The notes below the pieces were generated by a model. The model did no database searches, had not been told where the DNA came from, and worked only from the letters and a program-made list of their open reading frames with translations. Below, piece after piece: positions 33,311-45,420 of a stretch of DNA of 64,000 nucleotides. The first letter of the stretch is position 1. Each line of letters opens with the position of its first letter. This stretch comes from Podarcis erhardii. Its lineage: Eukaryota. The stretch is taken from NCBI GenBank assembly GCA_964252035.1, contig OZ176211.1; one strand, given 5' to 3'. The position numbers and the translations under genes were made by a program.

Positions 33311-35302
33311 TTGTCTTATTTTTTCTGCATCTGCCTGAGACATTGTGGTCGGCGTATTTGTTGCTCCAGCTGTTGGTACTGGGCCAGAAGAAGCTAGGGG
33401 GAACTGTTTTCCCTGCAAGCTCATGGAAGAGTTTGCAGATGAGCCCAAACTCCCCTCTGATCCAGATCTTGGCTGATCTGCAACATCGTGGGGAAGCTGA
33501 GCGGTTCCAAAAGTTTCTGACTGAGGTCTTGGAGTCATTGGAGGTTGATCATAAGGATCACAAGGTGGTGCTGTTGAAGCATGGCTAAAAGAATCTGTCA
33601 CAGCAGGTCCCAATAGCTTTGGAGGCTGAGAACACGGATCTGATGGCCTTACAAATGTCCCAGGTAAGGTCCTGTTCTGTGATGCCTGCAGATAAGGATC
33701 ACGATTTGACATTAGGGCTGGTCTACTGTAAGGTTCTGGAATTCCAGGCCTTGGTGTTGCTGGTGGTTGAGAATATGGATCACTACTAACCGGCCTTGGT
33801 GTACCTGGAGGTTGGGCATATGGATCAGAATGCCTTTGATTAGCTGAAACCTGAGCAAATAAGTCTCCAGTCTGTGCAGGTCTTGGTGTGAGTGGCTGAT
33901 GCATGTATGGGTCAACAGCAGTGGGGCGAGGAGTACCCGGAGGCTGGGCATAGGGGTCTGCGACTGGCCGAGGAGTACCCGGAGGCTGGGCGTAAGGGTC
34001 TGCAACTGGCCGAGGAGTACCCGGAGGCTGGGCGTAGGGATCTGCGACAGGCCGAGGGGTACCCGGAGGCTGGGCGTAGGGATCTGCGACAGGCCGAGGA
34101 GTACCCGGAGGCTGGGCGTAGGGATCTGCGACAGGCCGAGGAGTACCCGGAGGCTGGGCATAAGGGTCCTGAGCAACTGCCCTTGAAATAGTTCCAGACT
34201 GAGAAAAAGAATCACCCTGGTTTCGCACTACTCTTTGTGGGTGGGCAAAAGTCTCTTTTATTGCTGGATGTGGAGTCAGAGGAGGCTGACTATATGGGTC
34301 ATTAGATGGATTGTGTGAAAAGCTATCTACTGGCTTTGGTGTCAAAACAGGCCGTTCATAGGGGTCCACAGACATGCGCCGTGGGGTTGGTGGCATTGAA
34401 GCATACGGATCTTGTGGGGACTGAGTTGGGCGCATTGGAGTTTTAAATAGGCCAGGACTTCCCTCAACAGCAGGAATGGGAGTCAATGGTGGGCGTGCAT
34501 ATGAGTCAGCAGGAGACATCCGGGGCCTTTGAAACGAATCTGTTCTGGGAGGTGGTTTAGCAAAGGGGTCGCTGTTTGCCACTGATAAAGATGCTTTCCC
34601 TGGTTGTTCTGCAATTAAAGGTGATCTTGATATTCCCAAAGGTTTGGAGAAAGGTTCCGTTCCCATTGTAGGCCTGGGTGTATCTGGAGCTTTTGCATAA
34701 GGGTCACTGTTGACTGGAGACAAAGAACATGAATCTCTGACAGGTGATGGCCTGCTCCCTGTTGATTCAGATGCCTGAGCTGGCCTGGATAGGGGTGAAG
34801 GGGGTGGACAGATATCTACTGATGTAACAGAATTTATTCTGACAAAGTTTTGATTTTGGTTAACAGGTGGTGGTCTAGGAGTTCCCACCATTTTTGCATA
34901 AGGGTCAACAGGAGAAGGTGGTCTGGTAGAGGAGCAAGGAGGAAACATCTGTTGTGATGGTGCCTGGCAATGTGCATCTTGAACAGGCATTCTATTTGGT
35001 GTCGCAGGTGGAGGTGGGGCCTGTGGCTTTAAGAAAACATCTGAAGGTGTAGAAGTAGGGGTACCAGGAACCTGTTTTGTATATAATGTCTGTTGTGCAG
35101 GAGACATACTTCCATTGCCAGTCTGAGGGGTTAAAGGACTTTGAATCCCACTACTAGGTGTGTCTGAACCTGAATGGTTCAAAAGCTGCTGTGACCCAAG
35201 TTGTTGTTGCAGTTGCTGCTGTTGCTGCTGCTCATTTTTCACTTGCTCAAGTTTCTGAGTTGCTTCAATTTTAGCTTGCTGTTTACTTTTCTGACGCATT
35301 TG
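33311..35302 (-). CDS. KMT2C: KMT2C exon ~36 (large, Pro-rich, DPY-xPPxTPRP repeats)
   Basis: cag|QMRQKSKQQAKIEATQKLEQVKNE...ADAEKIRQ|gtgagt; 1992 nt = 664 codons. Confidence 0.97.
33923..34168 (-). repeat. Coding minisatellite, 6 x 42 bp, encoding (DPYAQPPGTPRPVA)n
   Basis: g(a/g)gtacccgg recurs at 33931, 33973, 34015, 34057, 34099 and 34141 (period 42). Confidence 0.98.
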
Positions 35303-36303
35303 CTGTTTTAGGAAAGGAAAAAACCAGGTTGAATTATAACTATCAGGAAATCAAACAATAGTAAAGAACTCATAAGCACATTTTAAGGTCATTTGAAAAG
35401 TTCCAACAAATTAAGGATATGGGGCCAATTATTTCTAATATGTATATTATTTATGCAGGCTTCCAGATGACTAATATCAAACGTGCAGATCTCTGAGAAT
35501 ATATACTTAAATTTGAAGAAGAAAGACAACCTCTGTTAAAAGATACAGGGACACTGTATAACTTTCTTGGACATTCCATCCAAGGTGAAAGTACCAGAGG
35601 CTCATGAACTTTATTTTTAAAGGTCCTATTTTGAGTTTCTTATGTCACACAAAATTATCCCTATGGTGGCTTGGCACATGAGCTAACATAGCATGCAACT
35701 CACAATACATTGATCTATATATGCTAAATGCACTGACTATCAAAATGACATTTTATTTCACTAGTGGGGGAAAACCTGCTAACTTTCTTGTGAAACACCA
35801 TGTGGAAATAATCCTTCATTCATTTGTAATAGTTACGAGTAGCCTCTACAAATGCTCATGACCTGAGAATTACCTTCTATACATGTGGTGCCTCACCGAG
35901 AAGCTGAACTATGAAATGGCTTTGAGTTCTTCAGGCATTTGCAGTATAGGGGGCTTCTTAAACTTTCTAACCACAGGACCAATTTGAGGGCCTAAAACTT
36001 ACTGAGACCTACCAGTCTACATAGAGGAGGTACGGGGATGGAGCAAGTCACAAAACGGTAGCAAATGGAGGAAGTTTAATTTAAGCCCCACTTTTTGTTA
36101 CTTCAAATTGAGAATTCTCAGTTAAGGTGCTAGGATTATGCAGACATCACTTCAAAGGCTACCTATACTTGCTGTACACAGCCCATATACAAAGTATATG
36201 ATAAACTACTATTTCCTTTCCTAGCATCTGAAGTTAATTAAGGGCAGCTCTTTCTACAGCTGTACTAGACAAAAGGGGGAATCAAAGACCAAATGCAACA
36301 CAC

Positions 36304-36486
36304 CTGTCTAAATTTCCACTCTTGCTCATGCTCTGATTCCCTCTGCTTTAATGGGTCCTTAAAGAGTTCAGTGTCGATACGAGAGCTTGGATCAATGCTA
36401 TCCTGCTGCTGCTGCCTTTTCATGGAATCATTAGACATCTGCACTTTGTTGATCCGTAAGGCAGCTCTATTATCTCGGGCTTTTTG
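36304..36486 (-). CDS. KMT2C: KMT2C exon ~35
   Basis: QKARDNRAALRINKVQ...SEHEQEWKFRQ; 183 nt. Confidence 0.96.
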
Positions 36487-37335
36487 CTGGAAAACAAGCA
36501 CACATGTAATTTTTTAGACTTCTTTAGACTGATATTGGAAGTAATGCCATTCTTTATTACCAACACAAAACCCACAAACGGTTTACAGGGTTTGAATAAA
36601 TTTCACATAGGAAATAGGAAACTAGGACACCCTCGGTTACATTTCCAGAAAGGTAGCCATGTTTGTTTGTTGTAGCAAAAACAAAGAGTCTTATGGTACC
36701 TGTGAACTACTAATCTTCCTAGACACACAAAGTAAGGTTAATGCACCTATGTCATATCAAAGGTGCAGTTAGCAAAACAAACACACACACAAACACATTG
36801 AAAACAGTACAAGAAAAAGAGTCCTATCCATGTGTTTTGCACCAATAGCAGCTTCACTATTTCATGAAACATATGAAGAGAATTGGGACAATATCCGAAA
36901 TCCAGCTAACCACTGTAAACACTAAACAGAGCAAATGGGAATTTTTTTTTTAAAAAAAAACCAGACATCACTTCGGTTAATAATATAATCAGTTTAATCA
37001 TTTAAAAACAGCTATAGGAATTAATTTCCGGGTGATGTTCATGATCTTTACTTTTCCAGAGGATCAAATCATCCTGTCAGTTTTTTAAAAAGTTTAGTAT
37101 GTAAATTCAACACTAGGTTTTTAGAGATGCAAAAGAGCAGTCAGAAGAAATTAGGCCCAAATCCATAAAAAGTAAATTAAGAAAACTAACTGAAATTCAT
37201 GTATGTAAAACGCACTTTGCAGAAGCAGTGTGCTTTATAGCAGTTTTAAAACTTAAAATACTTTTAGACTAATTAATGGAAATCAGAGACATAACATTTT
37301 TTTCTGTTTCAACAAAAATGGCAAATACTCATTAC

Positions 37336-37409
37336 CACATATGGAGCTCTTTCTTGTGAGCTTGCTTTCCTCCACAATTTAGCAATTTGCTTCACTCTTG
37401 TAGTCCAAT
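37336..37409 (-). CDS. KMT2C: KMT2C exon ~34 (HMG box)
   Basis: (D)WTTRVKQIAKLWRKASSQERAPYV; 74 nt. Confidence 0.96.
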
Positions 37410-37677
37410 CTGAGAATGCAGAGGAGAAAAAGGAGTAAGATTTTGTTATTTTGCATTGAGTAGGAATATCATCAATGCATCAGTAAACAGTAAACATGAA
37501 ACTGTTGCCTTTTTCAGAATTCAGAAAAGCTGAACTTTATGAAATAAGATTGGTGCCTAACAGATTTGTAATGCAAGGTTTAACTCAGTGGACTTCCTGT
37601 ACTGTCAAGAGGTTGGATCAGATAAGATTACTTTTAAGGTTCCTTCCAATTTTATGATTTTACAATTTATAACAAAC

Positions 37678-37892
37678 CTGGGAACTCCTCCTTTAGATTT
37701 GGAAAATTGATATTTGTGTACAAAACAGGTGCTACAGTTGCCATTTCACCAAGTGCTTCTTCCTTTTCCCACTTAAGAGTGCTTCTCTGCGCGTTAGACA
37801 TGGTATCACCTTCACCATCCAGTGGTGTAGCAGACGGAACCCAAGAACTGGTGGGATCATTCATCACCGCATTAAATGCTGTATTCTTATCC
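37678..37892 (-). CDS. KMT2C: KMT2C exon ~33 (start of HMG box)
   Basis: DKNTAFN...MSNAQRSTLKWEKEEALGEMATVAPVLYTNINFPNLKEEFP; 215 nt. Confidence 0.96.
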
Positions 37893-38127
37893 CTGGCAAA
37901 GCAAAGCAAAATAGGGATTTGTTCATTTCAGTATACGGAAATACATTATTCCAACAAACACACACAAATTAGTAACACCTCAAAATTATTAATAATTTTG
38001 GTTACTCTAAAACCCAGGAAGAAGAGAAATCAGAGAGCCCAACTTGTTAGCATCATTATAGGTTCAATGAATATCATTATAGCTACGCTGAAGTAGGGGA
38101 TATATCAAATTATTCCATTTTACTCAC

Positions 38128-38266
38128 CTTGTGTCTGTGTATGGTGGCTGTGCTATTGTAGAAAATGAGCCTATACCTCCTCCCGGAACCAAAGTTGTAT
38201 GAGGGAGATGGGGGCTTGGTCCAATTAGGCCATTTATAAGTGGAACTCTTGAAAATGCATTCTCTC
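38128..38266 (-). CDS. KMT2C: KMT2C exon ~32
   Basis: (G)ENAFSRVPLINGLIGPSPHLPH...PPYTDT; acceptor aag is slightly ambiguous (aagGAGAG); donor AG|gtgagt. Confidence 0.88.
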
Positions 38267-39285
38267 CTTTATAAAGAAAAGTTGAAAACACAAATAATAT
38301 TTCTTTATGGTAATTTATTTACATACAGGCTTTTTAGGGCACAGCCCACCCAAGGTGGCTCACAATACCATAAAGCACAATAACTTGAACAATCTAAAAT
38401 ATCATAATTAAAAATCTGATTACTATCTGAAAGCCAATACTCAGGAAAAATAAAATGTAATAGTAGTACTTTGCATGTGTAAAGCAAACTAAAACTCTGC
38501 TTCACTATTTCACAGTACTAAACTAAACCATTTGAAGGGACATTTTCTGCATACACCAAATATTAAACATTCAAAAATTTTACTCTGTTTTGAAGACTTT
38601 GAAAGAAGATAACATCCAGGGACTAAGCTCAAATAACTCTGCCTCACACATCATGCTATTTTGCAGACTAAAGCCTTGTTTTGGCATTGTTTTCTGGGTT
38701 CTGGGATGCTGTACAGAAGACAATGTTTGGTTTCAGGAACATATAATGATCCTTATTCCTTGGCTGGAGACAGGAGGAGCTGAAAAGATGTTGGCCAAGC
38801 ATCCTTGGGTACAGGGGTGGGAACCAATGAAGTAGTGGGGGCAGGGAATCTGTCAAGGGATACCTTTCTTCAGGGAGAATTTGCCAGGAGCTGAGCGACT
38901 GTGGGGCAGGGAAGAGAAGAGACAAAAGTGGATGGAATTTGCAGCACTGAAGAATGTTCTCTGCCACCTTTTTTTCCCTCTTTCTACCTCTCTCTCACAC
39001 GTACACATACAACTTGGTAGAGAAAGGAAGAGTGGCCCTGCTCTAACCAGAGGGTTGGACGCAGCCGCCAGGCCACAGGTTGTTCACTACTGTCCTAGGT
39101 AGATAGGAGACAGGCTGTATCAAAAGAAACATATCCACCCTTATAGGATAATTTTATTGATAAAAATTTTTTAAAAACCAATACTCTAGCTTCCAGTTTT
39201 CACAAAACTGGGTGACAATGACTGAATTGTGCGTGAATTGCTGGCAGCTGCATTTTTATTTTTCAAAAAAAGATAGTAAACAAAC

Positions 39286-39411
39286 CTTGATTATGCAAAT
39301 GCATGAGTTGAGGAGGTGGCGGTGGTGGGGGTTGTGGCAAAGGAGTTGACTGAGTAGCTGAAGGGCTCAGTACAGCAGTAAATAGGTCTTCAACATCCTT
39401 TCCTCCCAGCT
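39286..39411 (-). CDS. KMT2C: KMT2C exon ~31
   Basis: (E)LGGKDVEDLFTAVLSP...QPPPPPPPQLMHLHNQ; 126 nt. Confidence 0.95.
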
Positions 39412-39496
39412 CTGCAAAACACTGCATGTGAGTATATAAGGTATGGTTGCATTTAGTAAGCTTCATAAAATGATGCTAAAAAGAAAGAGAGCATAC

Positions 39497-39529
39497 CTGG
39501 AATCTTGTACAGTTTGCCAAGAATAGCAC
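39497..39529 (-). CDS. KMT2C: KMT2C exon ~30 (33-nt small exon)
   Basis: ttcag|(G)AILGKLYKIP|gtatgc. Confidence 0.94.
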
Positions 39530-39671
39530 CTGAACAAAGTAAAATCAACAGAAACATTAGCAAACATATACGTACAGTGTACTGTGGTAATTGAAACTAA
39601 TTAAAACCAAGCACGAAGTAAATCTAAAAAAAAGTTCCTTCATGAGGCAATGATATAAGAGAAACATTTAC

Positions 39672-39809
39672 CATCTGTGACCATCTTGTCCAGTTCAGGA
39701 CTCAGGATTCTATCTAACTGTTCTTCACTCAGTGGCCGTGAACTCTGACTGACGCTTTGTGGAGGTATAGAGGATGGATCATCCGATATGGGTCCAATAT
39801 CTAGTCCAG
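39672..39809 (-). CDS. KMT2C: KMT2C exon ~29
   Basis: GLDIGPISDDPSS...SSRPLSEEQLDRILSPELDKMVTD; 138 nt. Confidence 0.95.
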
Positions 39810-40679
39810 CTGATGGAAGGAAAAGTATGGTTTTAACTAAAAGACCAGCAATAAGCTGAGGTGCCTAGTTTAACAACTGCTTGGAAAATATATTTGAAGC
39901 ATATTTTTCTATAACACACCCAACTAAAAAACTCATTTGGTCTAAGAAACAAAGGTTTTGCAAACCTGACTGAATATTATCTTGAATCATAAGCCTTTCC
40001 TGATATTAAGAACTTAACAATTCCAACAAGTGATTGGATTATTTTAACATTAGAGGCTTCTTTGCAAATATTCATCAGCAGGTAAGAGTTAACATTTGGA
40101 CACTACAAAACCGTCTCTGGAATAGTTAAAGGGGGAAATATGTTCTTTAGAACTGATATAGATACATTTACACAGAACTTAATATGGTGTCTAAATCTGG
40201 TGAAACAAAAACAGCCTGCAGAAATGGATGACTCTACCCTCTTTGGAAGATTCTGCAATTTACTACCTTTTCTAGTGAAGAAGAACATTTGCCAAAGAGA
40301 GCCAAGAATACACTGGGGGCTTCTGCCCAAGGCGCTATCCTTAGATGTTAGGTGTGGTTTGCCAGAAACATTATTGTGTCTCTTTCCACCTTTGGCTCTG
40401 GGGATGCTCAGCAAAAAACAACATTCTATTTAGCCTTTTCTCCTATACATTACACAGTAGTAGTTTTTTTTGTCACAAGTCACTTCCTGGTTCTGTACTT
40501 CTTGGAATGGCGTCTGTCATCAATTACAGTAAAAGCGAGACTTCCCTCCAGGCTCTTCTTCCAAGTACATCTCCATCTCCTCTCTGAACTGCTTTCTCTA
40601 TATTAGAACCTATAGTACTTCATCTATTCCATAACTGATCTAAATCTGGATTCTGTCTGGTGTGTTTTTTTTACTTACA

Positions 40680-41130
40680 TTATTTATTCACAGTATTTAT
40701 ATAGGTCACCTTGTAATAATATTCTCAGGGTAGCTCACAACAGGAAATAAAACAATTTAACATTCAGTAACAATGATACTATGAAAGTACAAATACAGCA
40801 TAAAAACAGTTGCTGAGAATAGAAACAGCTGAAAGCTCCAAGAGATTAAAAAGTATAGGAAAATTAAAAAAAGATATTTGCCTGGCACCAAAATGACACC
40901 AAGGCAAGTGTAGGTGAGCGTCCCTAGGGAGGTCAATCCATAGCTGGGGTGATACTACTGTAAAGGCCTCTCTCTCCCTTAGCCACTTGCCCATCTCACT
41001 TGTAAGGGGCACTTGAGTAAGGTCTAGATGGAGAAAGATTCAGGAGCCCTGGTTTTAAGTTATGAAGGGTCTTAAAGTTCAAAATTGTCATCTTGAATTG
41101 AGCCTGGAAAGGACTAAGAGCCAGTGAACA
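40680..41130 (-). mobile_element. Decayed L2-like 3' fragment (boundaries approximate)
   Basis: REAFTVVSPQLWIDLP resembles the L2 RAFSxxAPxLWNxLP motif. Confidence 0.55.
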
Positions 41131-41182
41131 GAATGAAGCACTGTGAGATCAGCTTATACTATTCAGTACACCCCAAAGAGTT

Positions 41183-41490
41183 AGAATCATAGAATCATAG
41201 AATCATAGAGTTGGAAGAGACCACAAGGGCCATCAAGTCCAACCCCCTGCCAAGCAGGAAACACCATCAGAGCACTCCTGACATATGGTTGTCAAGCCTC
41301 TGCTTAAAGACCTCCAAAGAAGGAGACTCCACCACACTCCTTGGCAGCAAATTCCACTGTCGAACAGCTCTTACTGTCAGGAAGTTCTTCCTAATGTTTA
41401 GGTGGAATCTTTTTTTTTTGTAGTTTGGAACCATTGCTCCGTGTCCGCTTCTCTGGAGCAGCAGAAAACAACCTTTCTCCCTCCTCTATG
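41183..41490 (-). mobile_element. Young CR1 LINE 3' fragment with (TTCTATGA)n tail
   Basis: agaatcatagaatcatagaatcatagagttggaagagacc...; little-diverged CR1 3' end. Confidence 0.88.
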
Positions 41491-43222
41491 TGTATGAGTT
41501 CCAGAGAGTCCACACACCCCTGACCACTGAAGCCTCCCAAAGTTGTGAGAGAGAGGAGATAGATTAAAGTGGGACAGAAGGATCCAGGGTGGGTTTCCCA
41601 CCTTCTTCACCTTCTACATGATTTGCCCGTGCACAGGACCTCCTTCCTCCCCACTGAAAAAAGCAAGGCTATCTCTGGACCAAATGGGTGTCCTGGACAC
41701 TTCCCTTGGCTGATCTGCATTAACTGTGGCATCCAAATCATGGTAGTTGTGAGTGGCTCTTATCTTTGAAGAACCTTGCAAACATGTCAAGGCATGCTTT
41801 TGTGCCTACTGTGCCAAACTGCAGAAGGCCTAAACCACTTGGAAAAGCTCTGTTGAATGATGAATAATTATACTAGACTTGTTCCTGTCATCACATCACA
41901 CCAATGAGAGGTGGAACTAAGTATTTCCTCGTGTTGGATTGGCTAGTGAACACCAGAGAACAGTATATTGCTAAGCAGCACATGGTCATGGTTGCTGAAG
42001 CTCAACTGAGTGAGTTTTAGTCAACTTGTCTCAAGGCTATCTAGATTATTTATGACCTCTCTGTCTTCTTGTGGGTTACTCCTTATGGGTGATATAGGCA
42101 CTGGGAGTGGTGGTTGAGTAGGATATTAGAATGAGGTGGCTGAGAATTTCCAGTCTAAGAATGATAGAATTCTTGGAATTCTACATACAAATGTTACTTA
42201 ATATGGGTTAGTATCATAAACACACTTAACTTATAGCACTTACTCACCACTTAGTAACTACAATATTTAGCAGTATATGAATTTAAATACTTGGAAATAC
42301 AATGTTGAAGCCATTACAAAAAATAATACTTAAAGAGATAATAGCTTATATAATCTTTACAAATAATGACTCCAACCTTGTGTTTTATGCTTGACAAAGT
42401 TGCAGTGTCCATCCAGGGCCAAACTGATATTAACTTTTTATTCATGCTTTTCATAATACAACAAACTAAATTAAAAACAAGTCTATCACTGTGATGCTCT
42501 ATAAAGCATACTTAAATAGTGCAGGAGGAAGGAAACGTGTTACTTTGTACTGTGAAAGGCACACACACAAATCCAGTTATCCAATTCACAAATCCAATTC
42601 ACAACATTTTAAAACAAAATTCTGAAACACTACTAGGTGCACTGCACAGGCAGGTATTTAACATTGCACAAGACTCTGCACACAGAGATAGTGAAACATG
42701 AAAGCATTTTTAGTGACATGGAATATATTTACACATGCAAAAATAAAAAATCAGCCGAAACCACTAGGAAAGATGACTACTTCTAACCATGAATCACCCA
42801 CTGTTTATTTCCTTACCAAAAGGGGAGGATGAGCTCTCAACCTGGAAAGTGCATAAATCAAGACCTACAAGATCCAAACCAGATAAAATGGATGATTATA
42901 ACAAGAAAGAAAGAAAAGGAGAGGCTGAAAAAGCAAGAAAGAATATAAACCAAAAGTATATACAGCTGCATGCTAAAATAGTACATGGGAATGCCAGACA
43001 CCAACAAGATTTTTAAAAGTTATCCCCACATCAATAAAGTGCAAAGTAAAATAAAGTGCAGATTTATTGATCAAAGCAAGAAATAAGAAAGAGTCCTTTG
43101 CTTGCTGAAGCATACTTATGGTATAACAAATACATATATAAATAGTTGCATAATACCATGAACAGGATGATTTTATAGATCAAGACAAATTTCACAAAAC
43201 CAACAAGAACTTATACATGTAC

Positions 43223-43321
43223 CTGAATGATCCCCAGATTTCACTAAATCATCAGAAAGAATTCCAAGTATGTCATCATCAGTGCTCAGCACAAGGGCAG
43301 CTAATGGGTCATCCGAGGTAC
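43223..43321 (-). CDS. KMT2C: KMT2C exon ~28
   Basis: (G)TSDDPLAALVLSTDDDILGILSDDLVKSGDHS; 99 nt. Confidence 0.92.
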
Positions 43322-43635
43322 CTACAGAAAACAGGTGCTTTACACAATGAGCTTATCCACATGTACCTTTTATTCTGCTCTTTCAAGGCAGAGGTCTGTG
43401 CTTTAAAGCTCCATATATGAGTGTGTTTTGGTTGGTCTTTTTGCCCTGAGCTTTCCCCGCAATGACCCTTCTTTAAAGCCAAATTGGAGCAAATGTCAGT
43501 TTGGGTTTTCAGTGGACTGACATTTGTTTTGATTGGAATTTAAAGAGTGGGTTTTTGACCCCAGGGGAAAGCTCTGGAGCAATAAAAAATGGAGGGCACT
43601 TGGACACAGCACTTTGTATCACAGTCCTTGCCTAG

Positions 43636-43876
43636 TTACAGATAGGTAGCCGTGTTGGTCTGCCATAGTCAAAACAAAACAAATTCCTTCCAGTAGCACC
43701 TTAAAGACCAACTAAGTCAGTTCTTGGTATGAGCTTTCGTGTGCATGCACACTTCTTCAGATACACTGAAACAGAAGTTTCCAGACCCTTCTATATAGTG
43801 AGAAGGTGGGGAGGGGTATTACTCAGAAGGGTGGTGGGAATGGGTGATTGGCAGATAGCTGTGATGAGCTGTGACT
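43636..43876 (-). mobile_element. Short Penelope-like retroelement insertion (longest copy, 241 bp)
   Basis: 13-bp TSD agtccttgcctag (43623-43635 and 43877-43889); same 3' end as the other copies. Confidence 0.8.
43727..43764 (-). ncRNA. Minimal type I hammerhead ribozyme motif, intact core, KMT2C-sense
   Basis: Same 38-nt motif as 28498-28535; predicted cut between 43731 and 43730. Confidence 0.8.
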
Positions 43877-45233
43877 AGTCCTTGCCTAGAAAGAGTGGAA
43901 CTAGGTCAGTGTGGAAAAGCCCTTAATCATAACAACTGTGATCCCCCATGTTATTTATCCATTTGCTCTGAGCTCAAGGGTTTTTAACAAGAATTATTTT
44001 GAGTATGTGTTTCTCCAATCAGACACCTTTCTTTTATTTTCTCTTTACGAAAAGGAGGTTTGAATGTTTATTTGTAAACAGAAAGCTCAAATTTAAGTAA
44101 ACAGTTGAAACACCATTTAACACTTTGGGAATTGGCCTACAATGACTTAAATCAGAGCAAGAAACTGGCAGGCCATGGGTAGGATACAGCCCACCCATAG
44201 CACCCCACCTCCTCCCCAGCTATCCCTACAGATTTTAGGCTTGAAAAAAGCCTCCTATTTGGAGCCCACAGAATCCTTTTCCCAAGCTTAATTGCAGTGC
44301 AGGGGGCCATGGGGGAAGGGAATCACAGCTGTGATCCTCTTCTGGAAACAACCTTCACTGTAATTAGGCTTGAAAACAGCCGTACCAGTGGAAGGCTTTA
44401 CTCAAGCCTAATTGCTATGGGTGCGGGGATGGATTTCACAAAGGGGGCAGCTAGGAAGGGAAGGGTTAACCATGCAATCTCTGTGAGGATCACCCTCTTT
44501 GGCAATTAAGACTGATAAGGCCTATTTGTGTGTATGTGTGAAAAAGAGTGAGATCCTGCATATATGAATGTGTGTGCAGCATAATTATGTGGTGTGTGTA
44601 ATACATTTATGTGGGCACACCAGCTCCTGCAGTACTTTAGGCCCATGCACTTTCGTTTTGGCCTTACCACTGGCATGTAGGTGCCAGAAAGTGGCCTATG
44701 GCTGAAAAATGTTCCTCACCCCTGTGCTGAAACAGCTTGGATCCATATAACACCTTCCCCATATAATAAACATAGACTGTAATGTCAGCCACTGTTGTCC
44801 TGACCCAGGCTTCATAATCTTTGGTTTTATACCATCTGCACTCCAGCAATTTTCTGAACTGCTTCAGAAACATGAGCTCTTTGGTAAATCAGGGGATTCT
44901 TGTCACTATAATGAGAGAGTATACTCAAGAGCCACTGTCCAATTGCTGCCATCTGCTGACAAGACAATGTAGCTATCAGATTTGAGTACAATTCCACCCT
45001 TTCCAACAGTGTTGGAAACCTATAGGAACTGTAAACTGCCAGAAGGGCCATAGCTCAGCAGCAGAGAACACACTTACTGAGAATACTAATTAATAAGATA
45101 GCTAAGGAAATTATTCAAAATACTTTCCCTAAGCACTGTCCTTCTACTAATCCACCCAAAATTCCTGCTTTTAAGAACTCTGTTCTTCAAGTAGCCCTTA
45201 CCAAAAGAAACAAAAACATACAAGCTGGTATAC

Positions 45234-45420
45234 CTTGTATTCCAGATTTTGATGGAGCTGGAGTGGACGTTGAGCTAAGAAGTGGATCTGAAGATGGATC
45301 TAGGAAATTTGTGTTCAAATTTGCTTTGCAAGAAATGTTAAGGCTCTCTTCACATAAATTATCTAAACTTGGTTTTCTTTGTCTACTGGTATCTAGGAGG
45401 TCTTTTCCAAAGAAGGCTTC
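45234..45420 (-). CDS. KMT2C: KMT2C exon ~27
   Basis: EAFFGKDLLDTSRQ...DPLLSSTSTPAPSKSGIQ; 187 nt. Confidence 0.94.

Noticed and set aside
33712-34215. Repetitive ORFs in other frames and on the plus strand over the 42-bp array; CRISPR-like appearance
   Set aside because: Shadows of the KMT2C coding repeat. There are no unique spacers or cas genes, and unit variation is synonymous only in the KMT2C frame.
38668-38967. 99-aa minus-strand ORF as an extra KMT2C coding exon
   Set aside because: Its frame does not match the phase-1 intron and it has no recognisable KMT2C similarity; only the acceptor is kept as a poison-exon candidate
45045-45080. gggccatagctcag... as a tRNA gene
   Set aside because: Only an A-box-like start with no cloverleaf or B box; a decayed SINE head
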